Shown here: piece by piece, positions 1-7,545 of the stretch | How the letters are laid out: each line of letters opens with the position of its first letter | Position numbering within the stretch: position 1 is the first letter of the stretch | Source of the DNA: an uncultured Solirubrobacterales bacterium | Lineage (GTDB): Bacteria; Actinomycetota; Thermoleophilia; Solirubrobacterales; Solirubrobacteraceae | Direction of reading: 5' to 3' | Assembly (NCBI GenBank): GCA_963718545.1 | Contig: CAVQZO010000003.1 | Location: 591,187-655,186, forward strand | DNA length: 64,000 bases | Notes under the pieces: model-generated | What the model was told of the DNA's origin: nothing | The model's input: only the letters and a program-made list of their open reading frames with translations | The model's database searches: none | Program-made: the position numbers and the translations under genes

Positions 1-1
1 G

Positions 2-2257
2 ATTTTCTGGTCCGGCGCCTGGGGAATCATCGGCGGCACCTCGTCGGCCGCGCCGATCTGGGCCGCGATCATGGCCGAGATCAACGGCTCCACATACTGC
101 ACATCCCCGGTCGGGTTCGTGTCCCCGATCCTGTACGAGATCGGGTCATCGTCCGGCTACGCCAACGCATTCAACGACGTCACGAGCGGCAACAACGACA
201 ACCTGGGAGTCGGCAACGGGACCGACTACCCGGCCGGTTCGGGCTACGACCTGGCCACCGGACTGGGGACTCCGCGCGTCACCGATGGCAACGGTTCGCC
301 TGGTTTGGCGCAGCAGCTGTGCGCGGATGCCGCGACGAACACGGGGTCATCCGCACCGGCCGTGACGGCGATCGCTCCGAGCAGCGGACCGAGCGCCGGT
401 GGCACGGTGGTGACCATCACGGGGAGCAATTTCGGAGGCACCCAGGGATCTGTGTACTTCGATTCGACGCCCGCCCATGTCGTCACCTGGAGCCCGCTGG
501 GAACCACCATCACGGTTGATGCTCCGGCCTACACAGCCCCGCCGGGCACCTCCTCGGGCGCGCCGGGACGGGCGCTGATCACTGTGGTGCCCAGTGGCTC
601 AACTCCATCCAGCTCGCCGAGCCGGAAATCGATCTTCGACTACACCGCGACGGCCGCGACCGGTGCCCCGGTGGTCGACTACGTCAGTACGCCGTACGGG
701 CCTAACGGGGGTGCCAACAAGGTCGACATCGTAGGCGCCAACCTGACCAACGCGACCCTGGTGAAGTTCGGGGATGTCTCGGCCACGATCGACGGCACGG
801 CCGACAGCGGTGCCCAGGAGGAGCTGCAGGTGACCGTGCCGGCAACGGACCAGGTCTGCGCTTACGGCAGCGAATCCGCCGACGGAATCTGTGCCGTTCA
901 GGTCACGGTCACCAATCCGACCGGACCCAGCACCGGTCCGGTGCCCCTCCCTGCGTACACCGGCCCGATCGTGTTCAACCAGGACGGCTCCTTCGCCGCC
1001 CCGGCCAGCTGCGGGTGCGAGGTGGTTCCGGCATCCGACGAGTACGACTACGCGCCGACTCCGCACATCACCAGCGTGAGCCCGTCGTTCATGGATGAGG
1101 GCGGAACGTCGACGGCGACCATCACCGGCACGGGCTTCAACCTCCTCACGTACGAGTGGACCAACATCGGTGATCCCACGCAGGAGGCCAATCAGGACCT
1201 CCAGCTGGAGGGCATCAGCGCTACCTCCGTCACCGTCGGCGTCCTCTCTGACCCGAACCTCACCATCGAGCCGGATCCCTGGCCATGGACCGTCCTCAGC
1301 GCGGGACAGTTGTCGAACACCCAAGAGGTCAACTACGCCGGAATCCCGGAGCTGGATTCGATCTCCAAGCACATCACGTCCCAGTCGAATCCCGGCTCAC
1401 TGACGATCACCGGGCAGGGCTTGTCCGACGTCAACATGGTGCTGTTCCAGGACCAGAGCGGCAGTATCGGGCCGGCCATGTCAACGGAGATCAGCGGCCA
1501 GTCGGACACTCAGCTGACCGTGGCGATCCCGTCGTACTTTGCGATCCCGACCGACGTGATCGTGTGCAGCGTAAGCGGATGCAGCACTCCCAACCCGAGC
1601 ATCGATGGTCTGACCTACGCCTATCCGGGACAGCCGACCCTTACCTCCAGCAGCCCCAAGTCGGGGCCCGCGGCGGGCGGCACGCTGGTCACGCTGAACG
1701 GGACGCTTGACTCCAATCTCACCGCCGTGCACTTCGGCACTCGGGCGGCCGAGGTGCAGTCTGAGCCGCTGGCCAGTCCGAGCGGTCAGGTGACCGTGAA
1801 GGCGCCACCAGGTACGCCCAACTCGAAGGTGAACATCACGATCTCCACCGTCGGCGGCCAGCTGGTGGGCAAGTCGACGAGCGCGGTGACCTCCAGCGCG
1901 ACGTTCACCTACGGGCCGCCCGCGCCGACGGGAGCGTTCACACTGCCAGCGCCAAAGGTCAGCAAGACCGGCACGCTGACGTTCAAGCTCCACGCCCCGC
2001 AGGCGGGCCGGTTCGCCGGAGCGGCGGTCACCACGGTCAAGCGCAGCGGCAAGCGCAAGAAGATCAGCTTCGGCAAGGCCTCCCGGGCGACCTCAAAGGC
2101 GGGATCAGTGACGTTGGTGATCAAGCCCTCCAAGGCGGCCCGGAAGGCGCTGGCGGCCGGCGCCAAGCTGAAGGTCCGAGTCACCGTGAAGTTCGCCCCG
2201 CATTCGGGCTCGGCGGTCACGCACCGGCGGACGGTAACGGTCAGGCGCCGCACCTGA
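2..2257 (+). CDS. S53 (sedolisin/kumamolisin-like) serine protease with IPT/TIG repeats, 5'-truncated by window edge
   Basis: Frame open from base 2 reads IFWSGAWGIIGGTSSAAPIWAAIMAEIN (GGTSxAxP catalytic Ser motif, upstream of the ORF-track ATG at 71). It also has the S53 C-terminal GYDLATGLGTP motif and repeated IPT/TIG starts (P.VT.I.P.SGP..GGT.VTITG). Confidence 0.85.
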   Translation: MFWSGAWGIIGGTSSAAPIWAAIMAEINGSTYCTSPVGFVSPILYEIGSSSGYANAFNDVTSGNNDNLGVGNGTDYPAGSGYDLATGLGTPRVTDGNGSPGLAQQLCADAATNTGSSAPAVTAIAPSSGPSAGGTVVTITGSNFGGTQGSVYFDSTPAHVVTWSPLGTTITVDAPAYTAPPGTSSGAPGRALITVVPSGSTPSSSPSRKSIFDYTATAATGAPVVDYVSTPYGPNGGANKVDIVGANLTNATLVKFGDVSATIDGTADSGAQEELQVTVPATDQVCAYGSESADGICAVQVTVTNPTGPSTGPVPLPAYTGPIVFNQDGSFAAPASCGCEVVPASDEYDYAPTPHITSVSPSFMDEGGTSTATITGTGFNLLTYEWTNIGDPTQEANQDLQLEGISATSVTVGVLSDPNLTIEPDPWPWTVLSAGQLSNTQEVNYAGIPELDSISKHITSQSNPGSLTITGQGLSDVNMVLFQDQSGSIGPAMSTEISGQSDTQLTVAIPSYFAIPTDVIVCSVSGCSTPNPSIDGLTYAYPGQPTLTSSSPKSGPAAGGTLVTLNGTLDSNLTAVHFGTRAAEVQSEPLASPSGQVTVKAPPGTPNSKVNITISTVGGQLVGKSTSAVTSSATFTYGPPAPTGAFTLPAPKVSKTGTLTFKLHAPQAGRFAGAAVTTVKRSGKRKKISFGKASRATSKAGSVTLVIKPSKAARKALAAGAKLKVRVTVKFAPHSGSAVTHRRTVTVRRRT

Positions 2258-2262
2258 GCTCA

Positions 2263-2309
2263 ACTCTGGGAGAGAAATCCACCGTATAGGTGGAAAACCC
2301 TCCCAGAGT
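2263..2309. repeat. Intergenic palindrome (REP-like element or bidirectional terminator)
   Basis: ACTCTGGGAG (2263-2272) pairs with CTCCCAGAGT (2300-2309); inner TCCACC (2278-2283) pairs with GGTGGA (2289-2294). Lies between convergent genes. Confidence 0.75.
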
Positions 2310-2338
2310 GCGCTCTCACGGCCTCGAGGTTGGTGCGG

Positions 2339-2998
2339 CTACTCCCCGTCCAGCGGACGATGGCCCAGCTGGTCCATAACCTGCTCGAACACCTCGTGCG
2401 GCTGGGCTCCCGGGATCAGCACGCGCTCATCGATCACCCATGCCGGGACCCCACCGGCGCCCAGCTGGATCGCCCGCTCGGTCTGCCTCACGACCTCCTC
2501 GAGGTAGCGGTCGTCCCCCAGCGCCCGGGCGATCTCCTCATCCGGTAGTCCCACGGCCAGACCCTCCTCCCGGAGGACGTCGTCTGAACCGATGTCGAGC
2601 CCGCGGGCCCAGTAGGCGTCAAACAGTCGCGGGTGGAGCTGAGCCAGCCGCCCCCGCTCGCGCGCCAGCTCGCCCAGCATCTGCGCTCGGCGGGAGTTGG
2701 GCACCCGGTCCAGGCGCCCGCCTCGAGGCAGCCCCGCCTCCTCGAACATCGCGTTCAACCGGTCGCCAAACCGCGATCCGTAGCGGGACTCCAGCTCAGA
2801 CCGGGAAATCCCCTCCGGCGGATACTCCGGGTGAAGGTCGAACGGCCGCCACTCGATCTGCGCGCCGTACCGGCGCTCAAGCCACGCCGCCCGCTCCAGG
2901 CCGACGTAGCAGAACGGTCATATGTAGTCGCTCCAGACGAGAATCCGAGGCGCGGCGTCGGCAGAGTCGGAAGCGGAGGCGGACACCGCCTCAACCAT
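2339..2998 (-). CDS. DsbA/FrnE-family thiol-disulfide oxidoreductase, probable selenoprotein (UxxC)
   Basis: ATG at 2998 gives MVEAVSASASDSADAAPRILVWSDYI-TGA-PFCYVGLERAAWLERRYGAQIEWRPFDLHPE, in frame with ORF 2339..2758, which ends with the GAGGVPAWVID and IPGAQP motifs. The TGA (2920-2918) occupies the first Cys of the family's DxxCPFC motif. Confidence 0.88.
2881..2910 (-). promoter_or_regulatory. Putative bacterial SECIS element
   Basis: Minus strand GCTACGTCGGCCT-GGAGC-GGGCGGCGTGGC folds into a ~12-bp stem (several G.U pairs, one bulged G). The apical loop starts with G, is preceded by U and lies 20 nt after the UGA. Confidence 0.7.
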
Positions 2999-3030
2999 AG
3001 CCCGCCGAGACGGGTTGCACCCGCCCAAGC

Positions 3031-4077
3031 TCAGGTGGTCAAGGTCACCTTGCTGAGCCCATGCGGCCGGTCGACGTCGACGCCGGCAAGCTCACCCAGC
3101 CGCAGAGCCGCCGCCTGTCCCGGAATCACGGCCAGCAGGGGCGCCAGCCACTCCGGAACCTGCGGAACAAGCACGCCAATGTCAGCTGCGCGCAAAAGGT
3201 CAGCGCGGTCGGTGACCGCGACCGTGAGACCGGAGCTGGCGCCGATCACTTCCAGATCACGGCGGTCCGGCTGGTCACGACCCGACGTGCCGATCAACCA
3301 CAGCGCCCCGGCCTTACTCAGCCCCGCGATCGGTCCGTGGATCAGGTCGGGCAACGAGAACGCCTCGGCCACCACACCGCCCAGCTCGCGGAGCTTCAAC
3401 GCAGTCTCGTATGCAGTTGCCATCTCCAGCCCGCGCCCCACAGCGGTAATCACACCGCAACGGGCCAGGCGGTCGAAGCGCCCACGCTCGCCCAGCTGAG
3501 ACGCGACCATCGACTCCACCAGGCCAGGCAGGGCCCCGAACCATTTGCGCCGATCGGCGTCCGGAGACAGGCACTCGGCGATCTGAGCCATCGCGTGCAG
3601 GGAGGCCAGGTAGGTCTTCGTGGCCGCCACGGAACGCTCCTGGCCGGCCAGCATCTCCACCACCACATCGGCCCGGTCGGCGAGCCGCGACTCCGGGTGG
3701 TTGGTGACAACCACGGTCGGGCGCCCCTGTTCAGCGGCCGCCTCGACGACCGAAGCGATGTCCGGGGAGCCCCCCGACTGGGAGATGGCTAGAACTGCGC
3801 CACGCGAAAGGAGCGGCGGCGAGGCGCCTCCGAACAGCCAGGGCGCGGCAAGGCCGACCGGAAGCCGGGCCTCCACCCCCAGCAGATATTGGGCGTACCG
3901 GGCGGCGTTGTCTGACGTCCCGCGGGCGACGATCATCAGGTAGTCGACGTCGCTTCGGCGCAGCAGCGCCGCCGCCTGCTCGGCGCTCCGCCAGCCCGGG
4001 CCCTCGCGGGAACCGAGCACCTCGGCCTGCTCGCGGATCTCCTGCTCCAGGTAGCTGGGTGTGGCATGACCAGGCAC
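3031..4077 (-). CDS. SIS-domain protein, GlmS C-terminal-like; probable glucosamine-6-phosphate deaminase (NagB-II type)
   Basis: ARGTSDNA, ISQSGGS, ATKTY, ALKLRE, HGP and terminal LSKVTLTT motifs; no glutaminase domain; divergent from a sugar ABC operon. Confidence 0.8.
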   Translation of the reverse strand: MPGHATPSYLEQEIREQAEVLGSREGPGWRSAEQAAALLRRSDVDYLMIVARGTSDNAARYAQYLLGVEARLPVGLAAPWLFGGASPPLLSRGAVLAISQSGGSPDIASVVEAAAEQGRPTVVVTNHPESRLADRADVVVEMLAGQERSVAATKTYLASLHAMAQIAECLSPDADRRKWFGALPGLVESMVASQLGERGRFDRLARCGVITAVGRGLEMATAYETALKLRELGGVVAEAFSLPDLIHGPIAGLSKAGALWLIGTSGRDQPDRRDLEVIGASSGLTVAVTDRADLLRAADIGVLVPQVPEWLAPLLAVIPGQAAALRLGELAGVDVDRPHGLSKVTLTT

Positions 4078-4131
4078 GACAACAGAGGTTAGTCTCTAGT
4101 TAGGTATCTTTACAAGATCTGCAAGATGCCC

Positions 4132-4161
4132 TTGACATACCGACCACAGACCGCATAGGTT
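4132..4161 (+). promoter_or_regulatory. Housekeeping-sigma promoter of the sugar ABC operon
   Basis: TTGACA (4132-4137), 18-nt spacer, TAGGTT (4156-4161). Confidence 0.6.
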
Positions 4162-4169
4162 CCCCAATC

Positions 4170-4184
4170 TAGGAAACCTTCCTA
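4170..4184. promoter_or_regulatory. CsnR-type ROK operator
   Basis: TAGGAAACCTTCCTA is a near-perfect palindrome, one mismatch from the Streptomyces CsnR box AGGAAANTTTCCT, just downstream of the -10. Confidence 0.75.
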
Positions 4185-4245
4185 ACCACCTGGCGTGGAT
4201 CGACCCCAAACAGGTGGAGCCGTCGGAGCAACGGAGGGAGACGGG

Positions 4246-5604
4246 ATGAGACGCGGTACGGCCGGCACAGTGGCGGTGGTCTTGGCGCTGGCGGTGGCTG
4301 CCTGTGGCGGCTCCTCCGGGGGAGGCTCCGGAGGCTCCGCCAAAGCGATTGCTCCTGCCACCTACAACGGCAAGCCGGTGACGATCACCTTCTGGAACCC
4401 GTTTACGGGCCGTGAGGAAGGCGTGATGAAGAGCGTCGTCGCCGGCTTCGAGAAGGCCAACCCGAACATCAAGGTGACCAGCCGCGGCGGGATCTCCGAC
4501 AGCAACATCATCGCGGCGATCCGCGGCGGGAGCCCGCCGGACCTGGCCATGTCCAACTCGGCCGACAACCTCGGCGAGTACTGCGGCACTGGCGCCTGGA
4601 TCAACCTCGGTTCCTACATCCAGCGCGACCAGGTCGACGTCAGCCAGTTCCCCAAGGCGGTCCAGGACTTCACCGCGTTCAACGGCGACCGGTGCGCGCT
4701 GCCGGACCTGGCCGACACCTACGGTCTCTACTACAACAAGGCGCTGCTGGCCAAGGCGCACATCACGAGCCTGCCCAAGACGTTCACCCAGCTGACGGCC
4801 GACGCCAAGAAGCTCACCCAGTTCAACCCCGACGGCTCGATCAAGGTGGCCGGCTTCGTGCCCACCAGCACGTTCTACGAGAATGCCGCCGCCCACTACG
4901 CGCCGCTGTGGGGCTTCCACTGGGTGCTTAACGGCAAGGCGGCGATGGGCACCGACCCCAACTGGGCCGCGTACCTGCGCTGGGAGAAGTCGCTGATCGA
5001 CTGGTATGGAGCCAGCAAGCTATCCCGCTTCCTGTCCGCCGCGGGCGAGGAGTTCTCGCCCACCAACGACTTCGAGGCGGGCAAGATCGCCATGCAGATC
5101 GACGGCGAATGGCGCACGCAGTTCATCAAGTCAGATCACGCGAAGATCACCTACGGCACGGCTCCCATGCCCGTCAACCCGGCTGACCCCTCGCTCTACG
5201 GCGGCGGCTACACGACCGGCAATGTGATGGGGATCCCCAAGGGGGCGGCGCACCCGGCGGCCGCGTGGCTGCTGGCCAAGTACCTGGCCACCAACGAGTC
5301 CGCGGTGGCGACATTCGCCAACGGGCTCGGGAACGTGCCCACGCTCACCTCGGCGCTGGGTGACCCCACGCTCACGAAGAACCCCGAGTTCGACACGTTC
5401 CTGAAGATCTTCGGGAATCCCAACACGGCCACCGACCCGATCACCGCGATCGGCTCGGCCAACCAGACGATGGAGGGCAACTGGCAGCAGAAGTGGGAGG
5501 CCGGCTCGATCTCCGCCGCCGGGCTTCCGTCGGCGCTGAAGAACCTGTCCCAGCAGATCAACGCCCAGGAAGCCAACTCCACCCAGGGCAGCGGCCCCCC
5601 GTGA
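4246..5604 (+). CDS. Sugar ABC transporter substrate-binding lipoprotein (CsnE-like)
   Basis: GGAGG RBS; lipobox LAVAAC; family-1 SBP features (ITFWNPF, PPDLA, LYYNKALL). Confidence 0.9.
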   Translation: MRRGTAGTVAVVLALAVAACGGSSGGGSGGSAKAIAPATYNGKPVTITFWNPFTGREEGVMKSVVAGFEKANPNIKVTSRGGISDSNIIAAIRGGSPPDLAMSNSADNLGEYCGTGAWINLGSYIQRDQVDVSQFPKAVQDFTAFNGDRCALPDLADTYGLYYNKALLAKAHITSLPKTFTQLTADAKKLTQFNPDGSIKVAGFVPTSTFYENAAAHYAPLWGFHWVLNGKAAMGTDPNWAAYLRWEKSLIDWYGASKLSRFLSAAGEEFSPTNDFEAGKIAMQIDGEWRTQFIKSDHAKITYGTAPMPVNPADPSLYGGGYTTGNVMGIPKGAAHPAAAWLLAKYLATNESAVATFANGLGNVPTLTSALGDPTLTKNPEFDTFLKIFGNPNTATDPITAIGSANQTMEGNWQQKWEAGSISAAGLPSALKNLSQQINAQEANSTQGSGPP

Positions 5605-5620
5605 TCAAAGGCCGGGCGGC

Positions 5621-6640
5621 GTGAGCGTCCTGCCGGTCAGGGCGGGCGAGGCGGCGCGCGCGCTGCCGCCGCTCTCGCCCGCGCGCAAGCAGGCCAGGCG
5701 CCGCGCGGGCTGGCGCCGGCGGCGCACGGTGCTCCTGTTCATGAGCCCGTGGATCGTCGGCTTCGCCGTGTTCTTCGGCTATCCGATGCTGGACAACCTG
5801 TACCTGTCGTTCAACCACTATGACCTGCTGTCCAGCCCGCGCTGGATCGGCCTGGCCAACTACAAGTACCTGTTCAGCGGTGACCAGGAGGTGTGGCCGG
5901 CGGTCCGGAACACGCTGTGGTTCCTGGGGATCGCCGTGCCCCTGCAGGTCCTGTTCGCGTTCGGCATCGCGATGATGGTCACCCGGGTCAAGCGCGGCGT
6001 GAGCATCTACCGCACGATCTTCTACCTACCGACGCTGGCCCCCACCGTGGCCGCCACGCTCGGCTTCGTGTTCATCTTCAATCCGGCCACGGGCCCCGTG
6101 AACAGCCTGCTCTCGAAGATCGGGGTCACCGGGCCCCTGTGGTTCCAGTCGCCAACCTGGGCCAAGCCGTCGCTGACCCTGCTCAGCCTGTGGGGGATCG
6201 GCAACGCGATGATCATCTTCCTGGCCGCCATCCTCGACGTCCCCGCCCAGTTGCACGAGGCGGCCGAGATCGACGGCGCCGGCGCCTTCAGGCGCCTCTG
6301 GCACGTGACGCTGCCCAGCATCAGCCCGGTGATCCTGTTCTCGATCGTGATCGCCGTGATCGCCGGGCTTCAGTACTTCGATCAGGCCTACGTCGCCAGC
6401 ACCGTGGCCGCCCCCGGCAGCCTGGGCAACGCGGGAGACAACTCCGCCATCAGCCTCGGCTACCCCCAGGGCTCGACCCTGTTCTACCCGCTGCTCCTCT
6501 ACCAACAGGGCTTCAGCTACTTCAACATGGGCTACGCCGCCGCCCTGTCGATGCTGCTGCTGGTCGTCTCGCTGGCCGTGACGCTGATCGTCCTGCGCAA
6601 CTCGCGCCGCTGGGTGTTCGTCCAAGGGGGAGCTAACTGA
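5621..6640 (+). CDS. Sugar ABC transporter permease
   Basis: Multiple TM segments; EAAEIDGA EAA motif; MGYAAALS. Confidence 0.92.
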   Translation: MSVLPVRAGEAARALPPLSPARKQARRRAGWRRRRTVLLFMSPWIVGFAVFFGYPMLDNLYLSFNHYDLLSSPRWIGLANYKYLFSGDQEVWPAVRNTLWFLGIAVPLQVLFAFGIAMMVTRVKRGVSIYRTIFYLPTLAPTVAATLGFVFIFNPATGPVNSLLSKIGVTGPLWFQSPTWAKPSLTLLSLWGIGNAMIIFLAAILDVPAQLHEAAEIDGAGAFRRLWHVTLPSISPVILFSIVIAVIAGLQYFDQAYVASTVAAPGSLGNAGDNSAISLGYPQGSTLFYPLLLYQQGFSYFNMGYAAALSMLLLVVSLAVTLIVLRNSRRWVFVQGGAN

Positions 6641-7545
6641 TGGCCACAGCCGTCGAGTTCCCCCAAACCCAGCCACCCCTCAAGCAGCCACTGGTCCGGC
6701 GCACAGTGCCCTGGCAGGTCAGGCGCCGGCGGCTGCTCGTCGCCACCGCCGAGCACAGCCTGCTGATCGTCCTGGCGATCATGTTCATCGCGCCGTTCGT
6801 GTTCATGCTGCTGACCGGGCTGATGACCAGCGCGCAGTCCCTGACGCCGCGCATCTGGCCCTCGCCGTTCGACCTCCACAACATCGTGCAGGTGTTCAAC
6901 ACCGCGCCGATGTTCCGTTACGCGACCAACACGTTCATGTACGCGGGACTGGCCACGCTCGGCCTCGTCCTCTCCAGCGTGCCGGTGGCCTACGCCCTGG
7001 CCTTCCTGCGCTGGCGGGGACGGAACCTGGCGTTCCTCGGCGTGCTCGTCTCGATGATGCTGCCGCCGCAGGTGACGGTCATCCCGGTCTACGTGATGTT
7101 CTCCCACCTGCATCTGGTCGGGACGATCTGGCCGCTGATCATCCCCAACTGGTTCGGCGACGCGTTCTCGATCTTCCTGCTGCGCCAGTTCTTCCTGACG
7201 ATCCCGTTCGAGTACGTCGACGCGGCGCGAATCGACGGCTGCGGGGAGTTCAGGATCATGCTCCAGGTGATCGCCCGGCTGGCCAAGCCGGCGATCGCCG
7301 CTGTGGCCCTGTTCAGCTTCCTGCTGTGCTGGAACGACTTCTGGGGCCCGCTGCTGTACACGCTGCCCAATCCGGCCCACTGGACGCTGTCGGTCGGCCT
7401 GGCCCAGTTCCGCAACCTGTACGAGGTCAACTGGAACCTGGTCATGGCCGGGACGGTCGTGTTCATGGCGCCGGTGATCATCCTGTTCTTCTTCGCCCAG
7501 AAGGCGTTCGTCGAGGGCATCACGCTGACGGGGGTGAAGGGATGA
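6640..7545 (+). CDS. Sugar ABC transporter permease
   Basis: DAARIDGC EAA loop; FLLRQFF; WNDFWGPL. Confidence 0.92.
   Translation: MATAVEFPQTQPPLKQPLVRRTVPWQVRRRRLLVATAEHSLLIVLAIMFIAPFVFMLLTGLMTSAQSLTPRIWPSPFDLHNIVQVFNTAPMFRYATNTFMYAGLATLGLVLSSVPVAYALAFLRWRGRNLAFLGVLVSMMLPPQVTVIPVYVMFSHLHLVGTIWPLIIPNWFGDAFSIFLLRQFFLTIPFEYVDAARIDGCGEFRIMLQVIARLAKPAIAAVALFSFLLCWNDFWGPLLYTLPNPAHWTLSVGLAQFRNLYEVNWNLVMAGTVVFMAPVIILFFFAQKAFVEGITLTGVKG

Noticed and set aside
2755-2994. ORF-track 79-aa minus ORF
   Set aside because: Out-of-frame shadow of the true DsbA N-terminus.
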